Assembly (NCBI GenBank): GCA_001643675.2
Contig: LSRY02000027.1
Coordinates: 124,001 to 188,000, forward strand
Length of the DNA stretch: 64,000 nt
Reading direction: 5' to 3'
Origin: Monocercomonoides exilis PA203
Lineage: Eukaryota; Protista; Preaxostyla
The position numbers and the translations under genes were made by a program. Shown here one piece after another: positions 46,883 to 59,400 of the stretch. The notes below the pieces were generated by a model. The model saw only the letters and a program-made list of their open reading frames with translations, made no database searches and was not told where the DNA came from. Each line of letters opens with the position of its first letter. Position 1 is the stretch's first letter.

Positions 46883-49800
46883 ATGACTGCAATTATGCAG
46901 CAAGTGGATTACGCCGAAAAGAATCCACTTAATGACACAAATTTTCAGGTTTCAAAACTTGTTTGAGCAATGATATTTTTTTCGATAAAATCCATTTCGA
47001 TCTATTCAAGAGCGAGGATATTTGCGGATTGATAAGCAAATTATCCTCAAAAAATAATGAAACAGTTGAATCTGCGCTGCAGTCACTTGTTATTCAGGCT
47101 ATTCTTGGTATCTCTTTTTTCGTTAAAATTTCCATCTTATCAGTTGTTTTTTCAATTCATTCGAAGATTCTAAAAGGGTTGAAGGGATGGAATCGCTTAA
47201 CATAAAACAATTTTTGTTACAACTTGCTTCAACTTTTCCAACTCCTCGTATTCAGGTATAATCCTTCAAGTCAGACATATTTTTTTTGATCAATATTTTT
47301 CTTTTGATAATTTTGTGCATAGTCACTGATAAATATATATCAAACTGTTACGGGAACATACATATCACAGATAATGGAATATTCAAGATTTATTGAACTT
47401 TTTGAAGTTTGAATAATTTTTGAAATTATTCATAGATTTATTTTATCGCAAAATGAAATATTTTTTATTTTTTTTAAAAAAAAGATGCTTTGTGACGTTG
47501 AAGTTATTACTAAAGCTAGAAATGCTATTTGCATTCATTTGAATGAAAATGCTTTTTGCGTTGATGATGCAAGACAAATATGTTTTTTCCCGCGTATTTA
47601 CAATCTTCTTGGCGGCTTTGACCATGAAAACGATGAATCTTCTAACTGCGAGCACGTCGATCAGTCTAATTTTATACATCTTCCTTATGCGTTATTTGAC
47701 GAACTTCTTCGATTTCTATTATCGCTATTTTCTTATTCATTGCCTGGGGAAATGATCGTACCAATCATCATTCGGTTGAATGAAATACATCGTTTGCTTT
47801 CAGAGAAAAGAGAATGCAGCGATGCAGAAGAAGCGCAGCGCATAGCGTCCATCGAGCAGTTGTGCATTGTTTTGGACGAGTGGGAAAAGTCGTCGTGCAA
47901 GCGCCTTCTCGACAAGCAGTCGCTGAACGTGTCCAAAAATGACATGAGCTTCCCCATCGACCAGTCATTCAATGCGTTGCCTTCGATGCGGCGTTCCTTC
48001 TCCACCCCACTCTCCACATCCACACCAGCTGCCACACCCACCCTCACTGGCTCTGCTGCCTCTGCCTCAGCCACCTGCTCCTCTGCTGGCTCTTTGGTAT
48101 CTCCACCTGGCACCACAAAGAGTGCAGGCACGCCAAACTCCCTCTCCTCCTCGTCCCCTCCTTCCTCATCGCCTGCCTCCACACCCGACAGCTCAGCCTC
48201 GTCTCCTTCGTCTGTCGTGTCTGCCTCTTCTTCTGCTGCTGCCTCGGCCTCTCCTTCTTCTCAGTGCAACACTTCTGCCTCTGCTTCCTCTTATCACTCA
48301 GCCAACCCTTCTTCCTCACCCCCATCAGCTGCTGTGTCATATGCCTCTTCTTCTGACTCTCCTTCATCTTTCCCTTCCTCAAACGCCCCTGCCACTTCTT
48401 CTTCTGCTGTCACCAACCCCGACTCCACCCTCTCTTCTGCTTCTTCTTCTGTTTCTACTCCTGCCTCTTCATCTGAATTGCCTCTTTCTTCTTCCTCCTC
48501 CTCCTCATCATCATCTTCCTCTTCTTCTTCTTTATCCTGTTCTCCTTCCTCCTCTTTATCATCTACCTCATCATCCTCCTCCTCCATAACTTCTTCTTCC
48601 TCATCCTCCTCTTCCTCCACCAGCACTCCTCCCTCATCCTCCTCATCAGCTGCCATCTCCTATCCTTCTGCTGTCTCCTCCTCCACTCCTCTTGTCTATG
48701 CCTCGCCCAGCGTCCTCTCCTCTGCCCCATCCACACCCTCACCCAGTGTCATCTACGCCTCCACCCCTCCTTCCCTCAACTCCCTCCCTTCTCTCTCTGC
48801 ATACCCTCCTCTCTCTGCCATCATGGCCCAGCCCTGTTACCCTCCACAGCTGCTGAACATCCTCCTCAACCCTCTCTCTCAGTACCACTTCGCCACCTCA
48901 TTCCAGCAGCCCCTCGCTACTCAGCTCTCCATTGCACAGCTGCAATCACAGATGAATGATACTATCAATAATACAATGAATCCTCAAATAAACATACAAT
49001 TAAACAACCAATTAAACAACCAAATGAATAATCAAATGAACAATCAGATGAATCTATCCACATTATCTGCACTGCCATTCTCCACACCAGCCCTGCTGAC
49101 ATCAATGGCCCCTCCCTCCAATGCAACTGTCTCCACCTTCTTTGCCCCCATTCAGACAGACACAACAGACAGCAATGCAACAAACACCAACCAAATTTCT
49201 TCTCAAATGAACACACAACAAAATATGATGGCAATCAATACAACACCCCCAATGAATAATATATCTTCTTCTATTGCTTCTTCTTCTTCTTCTTCTGTTC
49301 CTTCTTCTGCTTCTGTTGGAATGCAGCCATCTAACTTGACATCTGTGGCACCTCCGATGCAATTGTATGCAAACTCTGCTTTTTCCTCTTCCATTGCACC
49401 TTCTCTCCCATCAATCTCTTCTTCTTCCTCTTCCTCTTCTTCTTCTTCCTCTTTATCTTCCTCTTCATCATCTGCCACATCCTCACCACACTTCATCACC
49501 CCTCTGTCTCAACTGCAGTCTTCTTTCTCTTCTGCACAGCCACTCCAGTCATTACAGACATTACAGACATTGCAGCCATTACAGCAACTACAGTCATTGC
49601 AGACACAACAATCACACCACACACACCCACTCCCTCCGCCAAAACCAGCACAGAACACATTCGGCCTGCTGTCTTCGTATCAGTCGTATGCCTCTTCTCT
49701 TCTCAAAGGAGATGGTTCATCGTCATCATCATCACTTTCTTCTTCTTCACCATCATCTTTCCAGGCACCCCATCTGAATGGCCATCGCCTGAAGACACAG

Positions 49801-52683
49801 CTGGGGGTGTCTCCCTTGTCCCATCAGAAGCATCCCTCTCAGCTGAATGGGATGAGCCCTCTCCGCTCGTCTGCTCAGCATCTGCTGCCAACTCCTCAGC
49901 AGCCTTCTTTGCAGACACGGCAGCAGCACCAGACAAAGAAAACAGCGCCTTCTTGTCTGTCTTCTGCTGCTAACTTCAATGCTCTTCTGTCTAACTGCTC
50001 TAATCAGGGATTGTTTGTGAATGCTTCAATGACACCTCGCAAAAGTGGTTCTTGTTCTCCGTCTTCTTCTTCTGCTTCTCTTGCATCGGTGCCATCGTCA
50101 TTATGTATTTCTTCCTCATCTTCATCTTCATCTTCATCTTCATCTTCATCTTCATCCTCATCCTCATCCTCTTCTCCATCCTTTTCTTCTCTCTCTTCTC
50201 CCTTCAGCCCCAGCTGTTCCAGTGTCTCTTCCCAACACTCCTCCTCTCTTCTTCGTGTGTCTGCTGACACCCTCCTCCCTCGCCTCTCCAAAGAGCCACA
50301 GTATTTCAAGCACCCATCCTCAATCAAAGGGCATGTTGTGCAGTTCTCAGCAGATGTGGCTGGCTCTCGTTTGGTGCAGCTGTTTCTGCAGTCGATGACA
50401 GCAGGAGAAAGAAGGGAGATGTTGCAAGAAATAACTCACAACCAGAAGATAGCACAGCAGCTGATGAAGGAGCAGTATGGGAACTATGTCATCCAGAGGT
50501 TTGTGGAGGTGGGGACGATGGATGAGAAGGAGTATGTGGTGGAGGCAATGAAAGGGGCTGTGTTGGAGTTGGCGGAGCATCCGTACGCATGTCGTGTGGT
50601 GCAGCACATGATGGATCATCTGGATGGATGTGGAATGTGGGAGAGAGAGGAAGGGGAGGAAAAGGAGGAAAAGGAGGAGAAAGAGGCAAAGGATAATACA
50701 CGTGTGTCAGATAAGGATGCAATGATGATGAAGAAGAAGGAAGCAGATAAGAAGGAAAGTGCACTCTCATCAACAGACTCAGAATCAGACACAGACACAG
50801 ATGTGATGGCACCTTCAGCCGAAGAGCGGCGAAAGGGGCTCCGACTGGCGAGATGCATTGCATTGGAGCTGTTTCCATTCACTCTGCAGTGTATTGGCGA
50901 TCTGAATGCGAATCATGTGATTCAGCGGTGCATAGCATCGGCAGGGGTGAGCTATCGAGACCTGGACATCTGCATCGACATCATCGTCTCCACAGGAATA
51001 GCAGAGATTGCTATGCACATTTACGGCTGCCGGATTCTGCAGCGTCTGTTTGAGAACACGTCTGTCCCACAGCAGCTGCACATGATAGATGCCCTCCTCC
51101 CCCGCACACTCGAGATCACGTGCTCTGAGCACGGCAACTATGTCATGCAGCATGTGTGTGTGTTTGGCTGCAGCGAGGCAAAGAAGAGACTCCTCTCTGT
51201 CTACAACGGACACATCTTTGCCCTCTCCACACACAAATTCGCATCCAACGTGATTGAGAAGTGCATCGTGTATTCTCCTCCAGCCGTGCGCGAAGAGATC
51301 ATAAAGGAGATCCGCCTGCGTCTACCACCGTATGCTCCATCTTCTGTTGCCTCTGCCTCTTCCCACCGCCCTCCCCCACGCACAACCAACCCCTTCTTGT
51401 TCTTGTTATTCGATCAATATGGCAACTATGTGGCACAAAGAGTGTTTGACTGTGCGTGTGAGAAGACGAAGAGGGCGATGCTGATGGAGACGAGGGAGGA
51501 AGTGATGAGGCTGACGAACAATGGCAGGAAGCAGATGCCGAGACACATTGCACTGAGACTGCAGAATATGGAGACAGCACTTGCACAGCCAACTATGAGA
51601 GTGCCATGCACACCTACTCCTCCACGATGCTCTGATGAGATGGGCAGATTGGTGAAGGAGGCAGATAAAGAGAAGGATAAAGAGAAAGAAAGAGGGAAAG
51701 TTAAAGAAAGTAAAGATTACAAGACAAAAGAAAGAGAGAAAGAAAAGAGCATGTCTTGTTATACAGCTGATAGTACAATTGAGTGTGAGAATGAGAATGA
51801 GATGTGTTATGATTCAACTGAGCCATCTGTAATATGTGATGAGAAAGAGGATGATGCTGCGGAAACAAACAGATCAGCCATCGAAGTGAACGGAAAGAGG
51901 AATGCAGAAAGAGAACATTCAATTGCCATGTTCAATGAAGGAGGAGAAGGAGGAGAAAGTAGAGAAGGTGCTGCTGATGTTGATGATGTTGATGGCAGAG
52001 CAGATGACAACATAACAACAACAACAACAACAACACCCACACAGCATCTTCCCTCTTGTCTGTCTGCTCTTCAGTCAGATGTGACTCATCCACCCACTGC
52101 AAGGGATGACAACAATAGACAATACAACCAGCATCTGATTGTCACAGACGAAGAGCCATCACGCCCTGCTCCTCCTCAGCCATCGCCTTCTGTTCTCTTC
52201 TCTGGCTCTCTTCTGAATGCTTCACAGACTGACTCTTCTGTCTCTTCTGTCTCTTCTGTCTCTTCTTCTTCTTCTTCTTATTCTACTTCCATTTCAAATG
52301 CTTCATCATCATCATCTTCTTCCTGTCCCTTCTCTTCTTCTTCTTCTTTCTCTCCAAAAGCTGTTCAGTCTTCTGATCAGATGGATATTTCTCTTCAGTC
52401 TTCTTCCGCAGCTCCTCTTTCAACTGTATCTGTATGCCATTCCCTTCCTCCCCAGCTCTCTCACAACCCTCCACCCAGCACTTTACACAATAACACATCA
52501 TCATCATCTTCTTCCTCCTCTTCCTCTTCCTCTTCTTCCTTCTCTTCTTATTCTGCTCCTTCTCTATCATCTTCATCTTCTTCCTCTCCCTCTCCCTCTT
52601 CTTCTTCTTCTTCCTCTTCATCATATTCCAATCCTCCTTCCTCTCTCCCCCACAACCCGCACAAATATCCTCATCTGCCTTGA
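46883..52683 (+). CDS. Pumilio/PUF family RNA-binding protein
   Basis: Eight PUF repeats (SRLVQ, NYVIQ, CRVVQ, NHVIQ, CRILQ, NYVMQ, SNVIE, NYVAQ) in ORF 47485-52683. Four predicted small upstream exons from ATG 46883 (start less certain). Confidence 0.92.
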
Positions 52684-52712
52684 AAGTGCTGGGGTTTTTT
52701 GTTGTGCTTTGT

Positions 52713-52795
52713 TTTTGAATGCTTTTGAATGCTTTTGAATGCTTTTGTGTTGCTGTTTATGTTCTGTTTGTGTTCCTGTTTGTGTTCCTGTTTTG
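52713..52795 (+). repeat. Short tandem repeats in presumed 3' UTR
   Basis: (TTTTGAATGC)x3 followed by (TGTTTGTGTTCC)x2. Confidence 0.75.
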
Positions 52796-53483
52796 TGTTG
52801 TTGTTGAATGTGAAGCATTCCCCTGGGCAATTACACTCACACGTCTTCGGGTAATGTCCTCATTGTAATGTAATAAAGTTATTATATCTATTATGTTTAT
52901 TTCCTTAATTTATATTTTTCATTTTTTTTATTATTTTTATTTTATTTATTTATTTGTGCTTTTAATTATTTCATTATTTATCGATTTGGTTTCTTGTGTT
53001 TTTATTTCGTTTGTCTCAAGAGCTTCTTTTTCATGTTTCCAATAAAAATAAAATGTATTTTTTATGAGTGGTTGAGTTATAATTATTTGTCCTGTTTTTT
53101 GTCATCGTTGAAAGAACCGTTTTTTATAAGTAAGCACTTATATGTTTTTGTTTGCATATTTATGAAGCGCCAACATTTTACAAATGGGTTGCAATTCATA
53201 AAATGAATTTATGCTTGGGAGAAAGTCTAATAATTACTTTTGAATGTTTTTAATTTTTCTTTAGTTGTTTTTTATTTTTTATTTTTTCCACAAAAAATGA
53301 AACTCTTTGAGTATTACAAATATAACCTTGTGAAAAAGACGACATTTTTGTGTGTTAATTTTCTTTTTTTGGAAAGAAAAAACTTGAACATTGAACAAAG
53401 AATCTTTTTTTGCCCATTATTGAGATCTTTTTCGGAAAAGAAATCAGTACAACCCGTACAGCTTTTGATAGAAAGATCATATA

Positions 53484-55968
53484 ATGTCAACAAAACCTGA
53501 AGATTCAAAAGAGCCTACTGTTACATCAGGTTTGATTGATATAGTCTATTTTTTTCATTTTTATCATGCGGAATAAAAATTCTTTGCAGAATCAAGTTCT
53601 TCTTCTTCTTCAAATGAAAATATCAACGAAACCCCAATTTATGCATGTCCTTTTCGCAGAGATAAAACTCGAACAACAGCATTGAAATATAAAGAGAACT
53701 GCGAGACGCTTTTCGATCATATTCGCGAAAGTGTGACAAAATGGCCTGACCGCCCTTGCATGGGAAATAGAATTTTGAAACCTGATGGAACCCTTGGAGA
53801 TTATAAATTTATTACATACAAGGAAATGTGGGAATCAGTTCTTGATATTGGAAGCGCACTATATGCATTGGGATGTAAAAAGAATGATCGAATTGGTATC
53901 ATTTCTGCAACCTGCACTGAATTCATGACAATGGATGTCACCCTTATGTCATATGGCTTATGCGGTGTTCCATTGTATACATCCCTAGGTCCAGAAGCTG
54001 TGCAATATGCAATCAATCATTCAAATACACGTATTGTGTTTGTTAGTGTGGAGTTGTATCCAGTAATTCACAAAGCGTCAAAAGTTTGCCCAAATCTTCG
54101 CGCTGTTGTTGTATTTGGAAACAAAATTGAAGAGCTTGAAAAACGGTTCCCGCCTCGTGATTTCTCTGTTATTCCTCGTATCCCAGAAGATGAACACGAT
54201 TGCTTTTCCGAAACTTATGATCCAACAAACCCCAAAACGCACAATAACGGATTAGATGAACCACCAAACCGAGATGAAGAGTTTAAGCGTTATACAGGCA
54301 AACTTGGAACATTATATGGTCTTCCAATAAATTTTGAGGAAAACGAAAAAGCATCTGAATCTTCTTCTGACTCTTCGTCATCTTCATCGTCCTCGTCATC
54401 ATCATCATCTGCTACTCCCGAAGGATCAGCAGCACCAGAGCACAAGCTTAGCTATCGTTGCTTCTCCTGGTCTGACATCCGGAAGTTTGGAGCTGAGCAC
54501 AGAATGGAGCCAATTCGCCCCAGTCCAGATGATGTTATGTCCATCATGTACACATCTGGCACCACAGGCACTCCAAAAGGTGTCATTTTGCACCACTCCA
54601 ACCTGCTCGCCACCGTCACTGCTGGCTTTCTCGCTGGTCTCGACATCTTCAAGCCAGAGAACTCATACTATGCATACCTGCCTCTGGCACATGTGTTTGA
54701 GCGTCTGGCAGAGTATGTGATTCTGATATTGGGTGCACGTATTGGCTACAGCTCAGGAAACACGAGGGAGCTTGTGGCTGAGATCAACGTGCTGAAGCCG
54801 TCTCTGTTTGTGGGTGTACCGCGTGTGCTGAACAGGGTGTATGATGCCTTTGTGAATGGCGTGGCGCAGATGAATGGCTGTGCGAAGGGGATGTTCAACT
54901 ACTGTCTGGAGAAGAAGATGGAGAAGTACAGAAAAGGAGATACAAACACAGCATGGCTCGACTGGCTGGTGTTCAACAAGACGAAGGCGAAAATGGGAGG
55001 GAACCTGATCTTTATTCTGGCTGGCTCTGCACCGCTGAATCCAAAAGTGCATGAGTTTATGCAGTGCTGCCTGTCCTTGCCCATCCAGTGCGGCTACAGT
55101 ATGACAGAGAGCACTTGCTCAGGGGCTGTGCCAATGTTCCCTGACTACAACACATTCGGCCACTGTGGGAAAGTGATGTCTTCAGTTGAGATGAAGCTGG
55201 CGTCTGTGGAAGAGATGGGCTATTTTGCGAAGGACAAAGAAGGAGAGATTCTGATGAGAGGGCCTGCTGTGTTCCACGGGTATTACAGAGACCCCTGGCA
55301 GAGCAGAGAGGCATTCACTGAAGACGGCTTTGTGAAGTCGGGGGATATTGGGCGGTTTGACGACGAAGGCAATCTTTATGTTGTGGACAGAAAGAAGAAC
55401 ATTTTCAAGCTTGCACAAGGAGAATATGTTGCGTATGCCTCAATTTTTGATTATTTCAAAGAAAAATACAATCAATTAATTAACAAATTTATTCTTCAAT
55501 AATTTTATTCTTTAATTTAATTTCATCTTATTAATGTTGTTATCTATCAACCATTCAATAATATCTAGTCCTGAAGTGACAGAAGCAGCGTATCTGAGAA
55601 GTGAGTATGTGGAGCAGGTGTGTGTGTATGGAGAACCAGAGTGGCGTTATTGTGTTGCTTTGGTGTGCCCTCGCCGAGCACTCATTGAGAAATGGGCAGA
55701 AGCAGCGCATCCAGAATGGAAGGGGATGGAGTGGGAGGCACTGGTGATGCAGAAGGAGGTGAAGGAGATGATGCTGAAGGAGATGACTGAGACAGCAAAG
55801 GCAGCTGGGCTGAACACATTCCAGATTGCTCAGAACCTGCTGATGATGGACAAGCCTCTTGCGGATGAATACATTACACCTTCACTCAAAGTCAAGCGAT
55901 ACCTCGTTGCTAAGAACTACAAAGAGCAGCTTCACAGATGCTATTCTGAGATCCCACAGAGAAAGTAG
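53484..55968 (+). CDS. Long-chain fatty acyl-CoA synthetase, 3 exons
   Basis: IMYTSGTTGTPKGV, YLPLAHVFER, GY.MTE, SGDIG, DRKKNIFKLAQGEYVA|PE, TPSLKVKR. Introns start at 53530 and 55433. Confidence 0.95.
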
Positions 55969-56416
55969 AAAGCATAATTATGATAATGAAGATGCATTGA
56001 ACACCAAGAGTTACTCATGAAAATGTGCTAAGAAATTCATTTGCAAATGGATAAATGCGATTTTCTGTCAACATCGTTTTATTATAAATAATGATCACTC
56101 TATGTAAAGCTTACATATTTGAATCACATCATTTTTATTTAAATTTATTTATTATTTCGTGTTTCATTTGTTGGAAAACACACATTCTCAGATTAATTTT
56201 TTTTTTTTTTTTTGTTTTTTGATATTGGATTTCAAAAAAAAAAAAAAAAAAAAAAGTACATGAGCGTTTGCATAAAATATAATGAAGACATAAGTTTTAA
56301 CTTAACAACAGAAAGGATCGAACAAAAAATATGTTTCGGAAAAGCTTTTGAGATCAAGAAAAGAATAATAAAAGTGAAATAACAATTAATAAACCTCATT
56401 AAGGGCATATTTCAAA

Positions 56417-59400
56417 ATGAGTTTGGACGCTAAACTACCTGCTCTGAAGGGTACGAACGCTCAAACCATTAATACACTTACACAAATTGCTCAGATTGAA
56501 AATATCAAAGGTGTGTTTGAATTTAACTTGATTTCTCAACTTTGTAATGACTTTATCACAATCTTAATGATCAGAAAAACAACAAATGTCTGGATTTTCT
56601 TTGCAACAGCAAGAACTTGTTCCTCATGCATTAGTTTCTTTGTCTAACTCGCAAGGGTTTCCTCAACCCCCAAAAATTGGATGTGAAAATGAAAGTTTAA
56701 AGATAACTCCAAAACCCCCTTTGAATCAGACTGCAAAAAAAAGGATTGAACCGACGAGAATTGCGCCAATAAGAATTGCGCCAATGCCAATACCACAAGT
56801 TGAAGCTAAGCCGCCTCCCAAGCAAATTGAAGTCAAACCACCTCCTGCAGTTACTAAAACGAAGCAACTAACATTTTTCAAACCATCTCAGCTTCCATTT
56901 TTGAAAGCTTTTGAACCAAAAACATTGTCTTCTTTGGGATATCCAAACGAGCCGATTGGACCGTTTCGTCAGTGGAATCCTCCAGAAGAAACTATTTCAT
57001 TAGCAAGTGTTGGAAGCTTAACTTTAATCGAACGCACCCAAAATAGTTCATCAAATGCAGCAGCGTCGAAAGTTTCTGACAATTCACAAAAAGCAGTTAG
57101 TTTAGTAAGATGTCCAATATCTGTTAAGTGGGATCGCTTTACATTACAACCACTTTTGGATTCTATTTCTTCAAAATCCACGAAGATGCCATCAGTAGAA
57201 GATTATTCACAACTCACAGAAGCAATTAAAAGCGCAAGCGTACCTATAAAATCTCTTAGAAAAGAGCTTCTGAAGAAAAATGCTCTTCGAAGAAAAGCAC
57301 TTCTTCATAACAGAAAAAAGATTGCCAATAATCGAGCTGAACTTGTCAAAAAGTTGCTGTTTCGCGAAGCCTTAGAAGAAAAGAAAGAACGACATGCAAG
57401 ACTTGAAGGAGAAAAGGAAAAAGAACGAAAAAAAGAAGAAGAAAACGAGATGCACAAAAATCAAGTTGATGATTCAAAAGAAAGTGGCACAAAGAAAGAG
57501 AACGAAGCAGGTCTCTCAACCTCTGAAAACAAAGAACCGCTTTTCGTTTTTCCAATCCGTTCGAAGCGAGTTAAAAGAAAGGCATGCGATGTTTGCGCAT
57601 CACTGTCATTTTTCGGATTGCATCCACCACCCGATGAAATACAAAATGCGAATAAGTTGCATAATTGTGACTCTCCTTCTCAAGCATCTGCAACAGATAA
57701 TACTTCGTTGCGCCAAGCTTCTTCTTCTGGTTCAGATAATCATCATTCATGTGGATGCGAATCTCTCAGAACACTCGTTAAAAGGCTTGTTGCACTTGGC
57801 TTGAAGCGAAGGGACAAAAAGAAAGAGGAAACAGATGTATCTGAGCACATTGAAGACGAGAAGATGGCAATTGAAGCGAAAATAAAAGAAATTAACTTCA
57901 ACTGCTTGACAGAAACGATAGCATCATCCCGCTTTCAAATGAATCAACTCAAAAAAAGCAAAGAAGACTTACCAAATACGTCATCCACAACGTTCGCGGA
58001 CAGAGTCACAGCTAAATCCTCAAGCGATGAATATGAAGAAGATTTTGATGAGTTTGAGAACGGAAAAAACTTTGCCAAAAATAGAAATATGAAGCGAAGA
58101 CGATTTTTGGATAAAACTGCTATGCAACAAGAAGAGGAATCATATGAAGAATACGACAACGGATTAAATGAAATGGACGATGAAGAAGAAGATGATGAAG
58201 ACGACGAAGAAGATGATGAAAATACTGGTGCGACTCAAGAAGCTCTGCCACCTGCAGAACACGAACTGGAGTGCCTTCTTGGAACGCAGATGAGAATGCA
58301 ACTGTGGGAAAAGCACCAGGAACAGGAAAAATCAGCATTCGGTCTGAAAAGCTTGGACGAATACTTTGACGGAGAAATAACAACAAAGAAGGAAAGAAAA
58401 TTGTGGAGTGAATTCAAAGATGTGCCAAATGCAACAAGTAAGAAAGGTGTGATTTTGTTGATGATCAAAATGTTGGAGTTGATAAAGATCAGATTATGAT
58501 TGGCAATTGAAATTCTTGATTATATGCCTTTTGTTTAATGTGAATGTTGATATATTTAATATTTTTGAATTTGAATTTTTTGTTATTCTTCAAATAAATA
58601 ATTTATTTTGTTTATATTTTATTCTGTTAGATCTTTTCCCATTTGTATCGCCTCTTTCGCGAGGAAACCGTCTTTATCATTCATGTAGCAAACTTTCTAA
58701 AACACACAGTTCGTCTCAGCTATCTTCTTCATCTGCATCTGCATCTTCATCTGCCTCCGTTCCTGCATCAACATCAACAATAGCACCTTCATCACTAAAG
58801 CTCCTTCAACGAGACGATGGAGTTTTACCGTGCTTTTTTGGATTCTTCCGCAAAATCTCATATTTTGTGTTGCCAAATAAGCCTTTGGAAGAAGATCCGC
58901 TTGTTGACTACATTATCGAAGAAGACGATGAGGAAGACATGGAAGAAGAAGCAATAGCAATGAAAGCTAAATGGATGGAAAAACGGAAAATAGTTAAAGA
59001 AAGAGAGAAAGAAGAGAGAAAGAAAGAGAGAAAGAAGAAGAATGCGAAAGATAAAGAAAGAGAAGAAAGACACGAATCTGAGAAAGGCAGCGATTCAGAA
59101 GAATCCAGCGACGAGGAGCAAAAACGAGAAATGAGGAGGATGCAGAAAAAAGAAGAAAATGAAATTGATTTGGGCGATGATGATGAAGATGATGAAGATG
59201 ATGACGACGATGAAGAGGAAGAAGAGGAAGAAGACGATGAAGCAGAAGAAGACGATGGACGGATTGGACAGACCGCTGCAAATAAAACATCCAATCGTCG
59301 TATATTGAGATCTCTGCTTGGAGACGATCTTTCAGATGATGATGACGATGATGAGGATGAGGATGAAGATGAAGAAGGAGATGACTTGAAAGATGAAGAA

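Noticed and set aside
52684-53100. Pumilio autoregulatory UGUANAUA site in its own 3' UTR
   Set aside because: Only near matches (TGTAATGT, TGTAATAA) were seen.
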